Shown piece by piece: positions 42,095 to 51,488 of a DNA stretch of 64,000 nucleotides. The notes beneath the pieces were generated by a model that did no database searches, was not told the origin of the DNA, and was given only the letters and a program-made list of their open reading frames with translations. Position 1 is the first letter of the stretch. The number at the start of each line of letters is the position of its first letter. The position numbers and the translations under genes were made by a program. The DNA is from Candidatus Woesearchaeota archaeon (GTDB taxonomy: Archaea; Nanobdellota; Nanobdellia; SCGC-AAA011-G17; GW2011-AR18), in assembly GCA_018302235.1 (NCBI GenBank), contig JAGVZW010000033.1, positions 434-64,433 on the forward strand, in the 5' to 3' direction.

Positions 42095-43522
42095 TTAGTT
42101 TAACATAGCTTTTTTAATAAATATATGAGCATTATACAACTTTTCACATTTTATTTCATAATCCTTTATGTCTATTTTTTTAGAAAATATTGGACAATTA
42201 ACTACTAAAGTCTCTGCTTCTCCACCTTCAAATGCAACATTTATCCCCTTAATTTTAACTAATTTATCAACATCCTTTTCAGTAATTATTCTACCCAACC
42301 AAGATTTATCCAAACCATCACAAGCTACCTTGGTTATAATAAATTCAAAACCATTTCTAATTACCTCTCTTATCTCTTTTTCCTGATCCATATGCCATAA
42401 TGGTGAAAATATCTTTAAACCTAAAGAATCACAAATCTCTTCAATTCTTTTTCTTTGATAATCACTAAAAAGACCGCCATGTACTACCCCATCTATATGA
42501 TATTTTTTTTTAGCTAATTTTAACACTATTTTTAAATCCTCTAATTCCTTTTCTTTTTCACCCCAAGTTTCTTGTATAATTAAAGGAATACCTAAAGAAT
42601 CTGCCTGTAATCTAACTAAATCTATAGTTGGTGTATGATACATAAAAGAATCTTTATTTTTACTTTTAATTGTAACTAAACATTCAATCTTATAATTTTG
42701 TTTCATCATTACATACATTGCATAAATACTGTCCTTGCCACCACTAACTAATGCACCTAATCTTAAATTATAAGAATAATATTTCTTTAAATAACCTGAA
42801 ATATCTCTTTTTCCTGATTTTTTTAATGCCTTATGAAAATTAGAACCATATTGGGCAGCCCTTTTCTTTCTATTATATATCTCTTTTTTTAAACCCAAAT
42901 CCTTTCCTATTTCTCTCAAAATTAATTTATTATTCTTCTCATTAATCTTATATTTTCCATCAATATTTAAAACAAATTCAATTAATTTCTTATCTAAAAA
43001 TGGTAGTCTTAATTCTAAATTATTATACATAGTTATTACATCATCTCTATATAAATCTCTCTCATACATCTTTAACAAACCACTTAAACATTCTTTATTT
43101 ATATCATTAGAATTTTTATGTCTTTCATAACCAGCAAATATCTCTTCAGAACCCAAACCAGAGAAAATTACCTTACAACCATCTTTTCTTGCTTGTTCAC
43201 ATGCTACAAAGAAAGGCAAAGCTACACCAACCTTAGTAACATTTGTATCTTCAATCAATGGAATTATCTTTTCTAAATATGGTTTAATATCTTTAATTTC
43301 TATTACTTTCAAATCTAAATTTAACTCTTTAGCTACTTTTTTAGCAAAAATTACATCTTCAGCTTCTTTAATATTTTCACTATAAAAACCAGAAACATAA
43401 CAAGTAAAATCAACATTAAATTCCTTTAAAATCACAGCTAAAATTGTAGAATCTATTCCACCAGAAAACAGTAAACCTAATTTCTTTTTAGGTATTCTTT
43501 TTTTTACAGCTTCAAACAACAA
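42095..43522 (-). CDS. Asparagine-synthetase-type PP-loop synthetase domain fused to a Dph6/MJ0570-like PP-loop ATPase domain.
   Basis: N-terminal LGLLFSGGIDST with GYERH...RDD...LELRLPFLD is the AsnB C-domain pattern. The C-terminal half has a second PP-loop, ALVSGGKDSIYAM, resembling diphthine-ammonia ligase (Dph6) type ATP-binding domains. The apparent start codon is TTG. Confidence 0.65.
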   Translation of the reverse strand: MLFEAVKKRIPKKKLGLLFSGGIDSTILAVILKEFNVDFTCYVSGFYSENIKEAEDVIFAKKVAKELNLDLKVIEIKDIKPYLEKIIPLIEDTNVTKVGVALPFFVACEQARKDGCKVIFSGLGSEEIFAGYERHKNSNDINKECLSGLLKMYERDLYRDDVITMYNNLELRLPFLDKKLIEFVLNIDGKYKINEKNNKLILREIGKDLGLKKEIYNRKKRAAQYGSNFHKALKKSGKRDISGYLKKYYSYNLRLGALVSGGKDSIYAMYVMMKQNYKIECLVTIKSKNKDSFMYHTPTIDLVRLQADSLGIPLIIQETWGEKEKELEDLKIVLKLAKKKYHIDGVVHGGLFSDYQRKRIEEICDSLGLKIFSPLWHMDQEKEIREVIRNGFEFIITKVACDGLDKSWLGRIITEKDVDKLVKIKGINVAFEGGEAETLVVNCPIFSKKIDIKDYEIKCEKLYNAHIFIKKAMLN

Positions 43523-43985
43523 TCTTTCTTGGGTTTAGCTCAATCATTTCTTTAAATACTTTTTTTTCTGAAGCAAACATAAATCCATCTTTATTTGTGT
43601 ACCATAAAGGTTTTATTCCTAAAATATCTCTTGCTAAAATTACCTTATCATCTTTAATTAAAGCAAAGGCATAAGATCCATCTAATTCATCTAAATCTAA
43701 TCCTTTATCTACAAAATAAAATAATAGTTCAGCATCATTTTTAGCCTTGAGATTATATTTTCTATTCAATTCTTCCCAATTATAAATCTCACAATTAGCA
43801 ACAAACCTATTCTTTATTGGCTGTTCAACAAAACCCACAATTGAATGAAGTAAATGGCCTATTGAATAGTTTATATTAGAATAAACTTTTTTCCCATCTA
43901 AACCTCTATATTTTATTATTTCTAAACCCTTTTCAACTAATTCTTTATGATTTTTTCTATTGAATACTCCAATTATTCCACACAT
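43512..43985 (-). CDS. Class II (Ntn) glutamine amidotransferase domain of asparagine synthetase.
   Basis: MCGIIGVF has the N-terminal catalytic Cys. RGLDG, NCEIYN, GSYAFAL, ARDILGIKPLWY and FMFASEKK match the AsnB GATase domain. It overlaps the next ORF by 11 nt in another frame. Confidence 0.7.
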   Translation of the reverse strand: MCGIIGVFNRKNHKELVEKGLEIIKYRGLDGKKVYSNINYSIGHLLHSIVGFVEQPIKNRFVANCEIYNWEELNRKYNLKAKNDAELLFYFVDKGLDLDELDGSYAFALIKDDKVILARDILGIKPLWYTNKDGFMFASEKKVFKEMIELNPRKIVV

Positions 43986-44168
43986 AAGAAATTAATGAAT
44001 AAAAACCATTAAAAAAGTAACTTTTCTTATTAGGCAATACTTAAAATGGTAGAGCAAAAAGTATTTGCTCTTCATTAAACATATATTTTAAGGGTCAAAT
44101 ATTAATTTAAAACTATTTTTTCTAAAACCATCACAACTTTTATATATTTTATTAAAATGGTTTTTTAA

Positions 44169-45905
44169 ATGAAAACAAAATATAGAACCCATACTTGTGG
44201 GCAATTAAATAAAAATGATTTAAATAAAGAAGTTACATTAGCTGGATGGGTTCAAGCTAGAAGAGATCACGGTGGATTAATTTTCATAGATTTAAGGGAT
44301 AGATATGGTTCAACACAAATAGTTTTTAATCCTGATTTTAATGATTTTAAATTAGCAGAATCTCTAAGAAGAGAATATTGTATCCAAATAAAAGGCAAAG
44401 TAAAATTAAGACCTAAAGGCATGATTAATAATAATCTCTCTACTGGGGATATAGAGGTTGAGGTAAATGAAGTAAATCTATTAAATAAATCAGAAGTTCC
44501 ACCATTTGAGATTGATGAAAGGATAGAAATTAATGAAGATTTAAGATTAAAATACAGATATTTAGATTTAAGAAGAAAAAATATGTTAAAAAACCTAGAG
44601 TTAAGGTATAGAATGACTCAAATTGTAAGAAATTTTTTAGATAAACATAATTTTATTGACGTTGAAACCCCTTGTTTAACTAAATCAACCCCAGAAGGTG
44701 CAAGAGATTATCTTGTTCCATCAAGAGTTAATCCAAAACAATTTTATGCTTTACCACAATCACCCCAATTATTCAAACAAATTTTAATGATCTCAGGTTA
44801 TGACAGATATTATCAAATTGTTAGGTGTTTTAGAGATGAGGATCTAAGAGCTGATAGACAGCCAGAATTTACTCAGATAGATATTGAAATGGCCTTTATT
44901 GAAGAAGAAGATATTCAAAATATTGTTGAAGGTATAATGAAGGAATTATTTAAAGAATTCAAAAATAAAGACTTAAAATTACCATTAAAAAGAATAAGTT
45001 TTCATCAAGCAATAGAAACCTATGGTTCTGATAAACCAGATTTAAGATTCAATTTAGAATTAATTGACGTTGATGAGATAGTAAAAAAAAGTGATTTCAA
45101 TATATTTAAAACATCAGAATTAGTTAAGGCAATTAGTTTAGAAAAAGAAATTTCTAGAAAAGATTTAGATGAAATAACTGGCTGGGCCATGAGAAATGGT
45201 GCCAGAGGCTTAGCATGGATTAAAGTTAATGATGGAAAATATGATGGAGCTGTTGTAAAATATTTTAAAGAAAAAGAGTTAAAAGAATTAACAAAAAAAT
45301 TAAATGTTAAAAATGGAGTAATATTTTTTGTTGCAGATAAAAGAAAAACCGTTAATGAAGTTTTAGGAAGATTGAGAAATTATTTAGCTGAAAAATATAA
45401 ATTAATTGATGAAAATAAAGATGAATTATTTTGGGTAGTTGATTTTCCATTATTTGAGTATTCAGAGGATGAACAAAGATGGGTTTCAGTACATCATCCA
45501 TTTACTCAACCACATCCAGATCAAGTTAAAAAGATGACTACTGACCCGGGAAATGTTAGATCTAGGGGTTATGACTTAGTTTGGAATGGTAATGAGATAG
45601 CTGGTGGTTCAATAAGAATCCATGGACAAGAAATGCAATCAGATGTGTTTAAGTCATTAGGGATATCAGAAGAAGAGGCTAAAATCAAATTTAGTTTTTT
45701 ATTAGATGCCTTAAAATTTGGCGCACCACCACATGGAGGAATAGCTTTTGGTTTAGATAGATTAACTATGCTATTTGCTAAAACTAATTCAATAAGAGAT
45801 GTTATTGCTTTTCCTAAGAATAAAGATGCAGTTTGTTTAATGACAAATGCTCCTTCTCCAGTAACAGATTCTCAATTGAAAGAATTACATATTAAATTAA
45901 GATAA
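44169..45905 (+). CDS. aspS: Aspartyl-tRNA synthetase, bacterial type (with GAD insertion domain).
   Basis: THTCGQLNKNDLNKEVTLAGWVQARRDHGGLIFIDLRDRYG is a bacterial AspRS N-terminus. 578 aa, class II motifs, C-terminal GGIAFGLDRL. Confidence 0.9.
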   Translation: MKTKYRTHTCGQLNKNDLNKEVTLAGWVQARRDHGGLIFIDLRDRYGSTQIVFNPDFNDFKLAESLRREYCIQIKGKVKLRPKGMINNNLSTGDIEVEVNEVNLLNKSEVPPFEIDERIEINEDLRLKYRYLDLRRKNMLKNLELRYRMTQIVRNFLDKHNFIDVETPCLTKSTPEGARDYLVPSRVNPKQFYALPQSPQLFKQILMISGYDRYYQIVRCFRDEDLRADRQPEFTQIDIEMAFIEEEDIQNIVEGIMKELFKEFKNKDLKLPLKRISFHQAIETYGSDKPDLRFNLELIDVDEIVKKSDFNIFKTSELVKAISLEKEISRKDLDEITGWAMRNGARGLAWIKVNDGKYDGAVVKYFKEKELKELTKKLNVKNGVIFFVADKRKTVNEVLGRLRNYLAEKYKLIDENKDELFWVVDFPLFEYSEDEQRWVSVHHPFTQPHPDQVKKMTTDPGNVRSRGYDLVWNGNEIAGGSIRIHGQEMQSDVFKSLGISEEEAKIKFSFLLDALKFGAPPHGGIAFGLDRLTMLFAKTNSIRDVIAFPKNKDAVCLMTNAPSPVTDSQLKELHIKLR

Positions 45906-45966
45906 AATATTTACAAAGACTAACTGAATATATAATTCCTAAAATCCCAGTAAAACTCAAAATGTA

Positions 45967-47172
45967 TTAAATAAAATATAAAAATAAATTAGCAATTAAA
46001 TGCGCTAATATTGGATAAAAAATACTTCCTTTTCTAGCTAAATAGCCCATAAACAAAGAAAATATAAATAGAGCAATAAAATAAAGAATTACAAATAAAT
46101 AATCATTATAATATGAAAAAATTGTTTTTAAAAATAAAAAATGGATCGAAGCAAACAATAATGATTGTAATATTTGTGCTTTTTTAAAAGAAAATGATTT
46201 TTCACTTAATTTTAAAAGAATTAATCTAAACATATTTTCTTCTGTGATTGCAATAAATATTGGAGCAAATATGAAACTAAAATTTATGGGTTCTTTAATA
46301 ATATAAAATACATAACCAAGACAAAAGCCAAATAACAAAGATAGTAATATATTTTTTAAATTAAAAATAAAATTAAATTCTAATTTAAAAAACCTAACTA
46401 GATATATCGAAATTATTGTTAATAAAATTAGAATTATTTGATCTATAAAAGGAATATATTTTTCTAACAAAAAACCAATAAAACCAAAAAATAAATATAA
46501 GAATATTATTGCATTAATAGCTAAAATAAAATCATCTCTATATTCCTTTAAACCTATTAATTCCCTATAAAATACAAAATTAAAGATTAAACTTACTATT
46601 AAAAATGAAAAGAGAATAATTATTGAATTATTAATTAGATTTATAATTCCTATAGCTAATAATACAACACTAAACCCATATATTATAATTAATTTATTAT
46701 TTAATAAATCTTTTAAAATATTTCTGGCTAAATATCTACAACTAAAATAAGTGAAGATAAAAAAACCACCTAAATAAAATAAGATATCTAATAAAAATAA
46801 AAAAATAAGTAAAAAAACCATAATATAATCATTACTTTCTATAAAAAATAGAATTCCATTAAAATAATAATTTACAATAGAATAAATATAATTCCAGAGA
46901 AATATTCCTAAAAATACAAGGCTTCCTAAAAACAAAGAACTTATTAAAATATCCCTAAATTTTCTAATTAGTAAAAGAAAAACAAATATTAAAATAAGAA
47001 TAACAAATAATGTTTCAAAATTAAAGAAACTTACGGATGACAATTTATACGTTAAGAAATCAACACCAATTATACCTCCTGAAGATATAATCGCCTTTTG
47101 ATTCACCCACGGAACAAACAAAAAACAGAGAATAGATATAACTATGCAGCAGATTAAAATGTATCTTTTCAA
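45967..47172 (-). CDS. CPBP-family (CAAX protease/Abi) intramembrane metalloprotease with a long N-terminal membrane extension.
   Basis: TEENMFRLILL (EExxxR), LFASIHF (FxxxH) and ILAHLIANLF (HxxxN). Confidence 0.6.
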   Translation of the reverse strand: MKRYILICCIVISILCFLFVPWVNQKAIISSGGIIGVDFLTYKLSSVSFFNFETLFVILILIFVFLLLIRKFRDILISSLFLGSLVFLGIFLWNYIYSIVNYYFNGILFFIESNDYIMVFLLIFLFLLDILFYLGGFFIFTYFSCRYLARNILKDLLNNKLIIIYGFSVVLLAIGIINLINNSIIILFSFLIVSLIFNFVFYRELIGLKEYRDDFILAINAIIFLYLFFGFIGFLLEKYIPFIDQIILILLTIISIYLVRFFKLEFNFIFNLKNILLSLLFGFCLGYVFYIIKEPINFSFIFAPIFIAITEENMFRLILLKLSEKSFSFKKAQILQSLLFASIHFLFLKTIFSYYNDYLFVILYFIALFIFSLFMGYLARKGSIFYPILAHLIANLFLYFI

Positions 47173-47302
47173 ACCATTTATAAAATCCCCTATTTTAACA
47201 TCAAAAACAACAAAACAGCAAAATAGAATAGGAATAATTAATAAAAATAAAACACCTAATCCACTTAAGATGTAAATAATTGTGGTTAAAATATTAATTG
47301 AT

Positions 47303-47941
47303 TCAGATTGAAAATGTTCTATTAAGCTTAAATGTAAGTTTTCTACCGAGAATATTTAATATCTTAATTTTCTCACTCTTTAAGTCTTTAATAGCATAAA
47401 TTAGCGCCACAATAAATAAAGATTTGTCTAAAGATACCATGAACCATTGATTAACTAAACCAAACAAATATTGTGAAAATGCAAATAAAATTATAAAGAT
47501 TGAAAAAAACCTTAACCATAAGTTATTCTTTAAATAATTAGTTTTCTTAATTAAATTTGTTACTGCATAAACAACAGATAATTCTTTAATATTATTTTTT
47601 TTAGAGAAATAAAATGCTATTATTATTAGTATACTAGTACCTAATATCAAAGAAATATAACTAATTAATGTAGAATATATAGAAATATCTTTTTCTATAA
47701 AAGGAAGAAAGGTATCAATAACTAAAATATAAAATCCAAATAGAATTAACCAGTCTAATTTTTTATTCTTCGTACCTATGATAAAATTTGTTGGACTTAA
47801 CCTTAACCAAAAACAAAATAATAAAATTGCTGTTAATAATTTATCAATAATATTAAATGAACCTGGTAAAAGATTAAAAAAATCAAGAAAACCAAGGCAC
47901 AAAAGAAACAATTTAAAAATAATATCTAAATATTTATTCAT
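47303..47941 (-). CDS. Polytopic membrane protein, hypothetical.
   Basis: 212 aa with 6 or more hydrophobic segments. Confidence 0.35.
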   Translation of the reverse strand: MNKYLDIIFKLFLLCLGFLDFFNLLPGSFNIIDKLLTAILLFCFWLRLSPTNFIIGTKNKKLDWLILFGFYILVIDTFLPFIEKDISIYSTLISYISLILGTSILIIIAFYFSKKNNIKELSVVYAVTNLIKKTNYLKNNLWLRFFSIFIILFAFSQYLFGLVNQWFMVSLDKSLFIVALIYAIKDLKSEKIKILNILGRKLTFKLNRTFSI

Positions 47942-47971
47942 ATTTTTAAAAAATACTAAAAAATTAAAAAA

Positions 47972-48762
47972 CTATTGTTTCTTTGTAAATATAATAATTG
48001 CAATTATACCTAATATTATAATAAATACAAAGATTATTGTTGTTAATGAAAACCCCCAAATAACAGTATGAGATGATACCCCTGCTATTGAATTCGAATT
48101 TGCTATTGGTTTATCAGAAAATGTACTTGTTGAAACAACCTCTCCTGCTTCAAGATTATTAAAATTATATTTTATAACGGGATCATTTTCAATTATTTCA
48201 GTATTATCTGGCAAAACTAATTCTGATGCATCTGCTACATCTTCTTTTGGAATCTCAATTATTATATCTAAATCACCATCTTCAGGCATGACATATGTTT
48301 CTTTTAATTCATAAAATTCTTTACTTTCTCCATTTTTATTAATACCTACATGTGTAATTAACTCTTTTTTTTCTGCATTAACTGGTCTTTCTTTTTCTAA
48401 ATTAAAAATTGCTGTTTCTAAACCTTTATTTGGTTTTTCTTGAAGTTTTTTAGTTAAAATAATTAAAGCTCTATCCCTTCCTTTGTCCTCTAATTTTTCT
48501 TCTTTTAATACAAAAGTTTCTGCATCTTCATCAATAAATTTTTTAGCAGCTTTTTTTTCATCTTTATCATCCTTGTCTTCTACTTCATCTTTATCATCCT
48601 TGTCTTCTACTTCATCTTTATCATCCTTGTCTTCTACTTCATCTTTATCATCCTTTTGTCTTCCTTGTCATCTTCAGATTCATTTGAACCAGCAAAGACT
48701 AAAGAAAAAAAACTAATTAAAAAAAATACTATAATAACACTAGAGATTATTTTTTTATACAT
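47972..48762 (-). pseudogene. Acidic-repeat, C-terminally anchored secreted protein gene disrupted by frameshifts.
   Basis: ATG at 48762 encodes a signal peptide MYKKIISSVIIVFFLISFFL and then stops. A second frame encodes SLVFAGSNESEDDKEDK. A third frame (48667..47972) carries four DDKDEVEDK repeats, then ...MPEDGD... and a C-terminal TM helix. The shifts lie at a T7 run and inside the 27-nt repeat array. Confidence 0.4.
48558..48675. repeat. 27-nt tandem repeat, about 4 copies, with the last copy degenerate.
   Basis: Unit tcatctttatcatccttgtcttctact. On the coding strand this encodes DDKDEVEDK. Confidence 0.8.
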
Positions 48763-48887
48763 ATATATATTAAGAGAAACCCATATATAAATATATAAGC
48801 AATGATTATATGTATTTAGTTTTTTATAAAAGAACTATCAATATGTCATAAATATGTAAAGAAATATTTAAATAGCTTCTTTTTTTC

Positions 48888-49013
48888 AAGAACTTAAGCG
48901 AGGGTGCCGGAGTGGCCAAACGGGGTAGAATTATATTGTCTTAAAACACTATAATACCCATACTCAAGTTTGAAAAATAATCATTGAGTCATCTACTGGC
49001 TTAGTGCCTACGC
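48888..49013 (+). tRNA. Class-II-type (Leu/Ser-like) tRNA 5' portion with a long anticodon-loop intron. The 3' T-stem and acceptor strand were not found.
   Basis: GCGAGGG acceptor 5' strand, CCG/CGG D-stem with loop GAGTGGCCAAA, anticodon stem GTAGA...TCTAC separated by about 62 nt, a long variable arm GGCTTAGTGCC, and GCAGG TTCGAAT. No CCTGC or CCCTCGC complement follows. Confidence 0.35.
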
Positions 49014-49256
49014 AGGTTCGAATTTCTTAAAAAATACAATTCATTTTTATAAACCTCATAAGTCATTAAAGCAGAAAAAATTAGAGATAAAACTGCTAAA
49101 GAAATATAAAGGTGTTTATGATATCTTATTCTTCTTGGATCTTTTATATCCTTATAAATTGTTGTAGCTAATCCAAGACACTCCTCTTCTAGTTCTTTTT
49201 TTAATTCATGCATAATTATCAAAAAATTAGGTTATTAAAATAGTTTACGCTTAGAA

Positions 49257-50748
49257 TTCACTGGTGTATTAAGTGGGCTTTTTTAAGAATAAAATATATG
49301 AAATATATGGAATATGGTAAAGTTTATATAGTTCTTATATTGCATATATTTATGCAAATAAGATATAATCCATTTAATCCTCAACAACCAGCAAAACCTC
49401 ATTTTTTTGTTGGAAGAGAACAGGAAGTAAAATGTTTTGAAAATTTTTTAGGTCAAACTATTTACAATTCTCCTATGAATATGACCATTACAGGAGATAG
49501 AGGAATGGGTAAAACATCAATATTAAATAAATTTGAAGAGATAGCAGATAATCAAAGAGCCTTAGTAGTTAATGTTTCTAATTATGAGGGTAATGTAAAA
49601 GATGTAATTGAACTATCTGAATTCCTAATTACAAATATTCAAAGAGAAATAATAAGTCGTAATCCTATTTCAAAAAAAATTAATGAATTTGGAAAATGGG
49701 TTAGTTCATTTAAAGCAAGAATAGAAGTAAAAGGAATTACAATAGCTTTAGAAAAGAAACAAATAGTTGAATATATTTTAAGAGAAAAATTAGAAGAAAT
49801 ATGGAAAAATGTTAAAGAAATGTATACATCTATTGTAATTTTAATTGATGAAGCCGAAAGTTTAGAAAATATGGATGGTTTAACTTTTTTAAGAGAAGTT
49901 TTTCAAAAAGTACAATCAAATTCAAATTATATGATTGTTTTAGCAGGAAAATTTAACTTTCCTGAAAAAATGTCAGAACAATTTTCTCCTTTAAATCGCT
50001 TTTTTCCTGCAGAAAGATTAAGAAGATTAACTGAAAAAGATGTTTCAAATTATTTAGAAAATAGATTAAATGATACTGAGGTTAATATTGACAAAGAAGC
50101 CATATATAATTTATTTAAAAAATCAGAAGGACATCCGTATGTTTTAGTTTGTATTGGTTTTTTAGTTTTCGATTCTTTAAAAACTAATGAAATGGCTATT
50201 AATTCAGATGTTGTAGAAAGAAGTATTTGGAAAATTAGAGGGAAATTATCTCAAGATTTTTTTACTCCTATGTTTTATCCTTTATCACCACAAGCAAAAA
50301 GAATAATATGTAAAATCGCTAAAGAAATTAAAGGTTTAAAATTTACAATGAATGAAGCTACTTTAATAACTAATATGCCTAATAATCAACTTTCTGGTTA
50401 TTTTGGAGAATTTTTAAAAAGAGGAATACTTACAAAACCAAGTAGAGGTGTATATTGGATATTTCATACACAATTTAAAGAATATTTAATACATAATTCG
50501 GATAAATTTAATTAGATTCTTTTTCAATAATAATCTTTCCTTTTTCAAATACAATCTTTAATTCTTTGTCTATTAACCCACTCTCTTCTATTATTCTTTT
50601 AGGAAGATTAATTCTATATCTAAAATACTTATTATTATTAATCTCTTTGTCAAATGCTTTTAAAATTTTCATAAATGGTTTAGATATCAGAAGTTTTTAA
50701 AGTGTTCCGGTTTCCGAATTATTTAAGCCCACTTAATGCACCAGTGAA
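49257..50748. mobile_element. Putative transposon-like insertion: 24-bp terminal inverted repeats flanked by an 8-bp direct repeat (GCTTAGAA), carrying one ATPase gene.
   Basis: Left end TTCACTGGTGTATTAAGTGGGCTT (49257..49280). Right end AAGCCCACTTAATGCACCAGTGAA (50725..50748), its reverse complement with 1 mismatch. GCTTAGAA lies immediately outside both ends (49249..49256 and 50749..50756). Confidence 0.5.
49298..50515 (+). CDS. AAA+ ATPase of the archaeal ATPase (Arch_ATPase/ORC-like) family.
   Basis: FFVGREQEV...MTITGDRGMGKTSIL is Walker A and ILIDEAESL is Walker B, with a C-terminal wH-like region. Confidence 0.6.
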   Translation: MKYMEYGKVYIVLILHIFMQIRYNPFNPQQPAKPHFFVGREQEVKCFENFLGQTIYNSPMNMTITGDRGMGKTSILNKFEEIADNQRALVVNVSNYEGNVKDVIELSEFLITNIQREIISRNPISKKINEFGKWVSSFKARIEVKGITIALEKKQIVEYILREKLEEIWKNVKEMYTSIVILIDEAESLENMDGLTFLREVFQKVQSNSNYMIVLAGKFNFPEKMSEQFSPLNRFFPAERLRRLTEKDVSNYLENRLNDTEVNIDKEAIYNLFKKSEGHPYVLVCIGFLVFDSLKTNEMAINSDVVERSIWKIRGKLSQDFFTPMFYPLSPQAKRIICKIAKEIKGLKFTMNEATLITNMPNNQLSGYFGEFLKRGILTKPSRGVYWIFHTQFKEYLIHNSDKFN

Positions 50749-50789
50749 GCTTAGAAATATTTAAATCTCTTTTTAATTTATATTTTGTA

Positions 50790-51440
50790 ATGAAATCATT
50801 ATACTGTAATGGAAAATATTATTTATGGAAAGAAGGAGATCTGCACACTAAAGACGGATTTCTAAAAGAAGCAGACATAAAGAATAAAACATCCGCAGAA
50901 TCAAATATAGAAAAAAAATTTTATATATTCGAGCCATCTTTTAATGATTTATTAAAAAAAATACATAGAGGACCACAAATACCCCTACAAAAAGATATTT
51001 TACAGTTATTAAATTATATTAATAAAGATTCTATTGTCTTAGAAGCAGGCACTGGTTGCGGCTGTGTAGCTTTAAACCTAGCTAGATTTGTAAAAAAAGT
51101 AATAACCTATGAAAGAAATAAAGAATACATTAAAATAGCCAAAAAAAATTTTAATTTATTCAATATAAACAACATTGAAGTAATAAATAAAGATATTTTT
51201 GAAGGGATAGAAGAAAAAAACATAGATATGATTTTTTTTGATTTAGAAGAACCATATAAACTACTAAATGAGGCAAATAAATCATTAAAACAGGGAGGAT
51301 ATCTAATTATCTACTTACCAAATATTCCACAAATACAAGATGTAATTAGAGAGAATAATAATTTTATTCATGAAAAAACTATTGAAATTTTAGAGATGAT
51401 TGGTCATACTGGATTTTTAAATATATTTAGAAAAATATAG
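50790..51440 (+). CDS. Class I SAM-dependent methyltransferase, TrmI (tRNA m1A MTase)-like.
   Basis: VLEAGTGCGCVALNLARFVKKVITYERNKEYIKIAKKNF resembles the TrmI/GCD14 SAM-binding block. Confidence 0.5.
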   Translation: MKSLYCNGKYYLWKEGDLHTKDGFLKEADIKNKTSAESNIEKKFYIFEPSFNDLLKKIHRGPQIPLQKDILQLLNYINKDSIVLEAGTGCGCVALNLARFVKKVITYERNKEYIKIAKKNFNLFNINNIEVINKDIFEGIEEKNIDMIFFDLEEPYKLLNEANKSLKQGGYLIIYLPNIPQIQDVIRENNNFIHEKTIEILEMIGHTGFLNIFRKI

Positions 51441-51488
51441 TTTTTAAAGATAAAAAAGATTTATATTTTAGTTCTGTGTTGAAAAGAT

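Noticed and set aside
48483-48716. 77-aa plus-strand Ser/Leu-repeat ORF.
   Set aside because: It is antisense to the acidic DDKDEVEDK repeat gene, an artefact of the 27-nt tandem array.
49001-49222. 73-aa minus-strand ORF.
   Set aside because: Its 3' end overlaps the T-arm of the tRNA-like gene. It is a plausible small membrane protein, but there is no supporting signal, so it is left uncalled.
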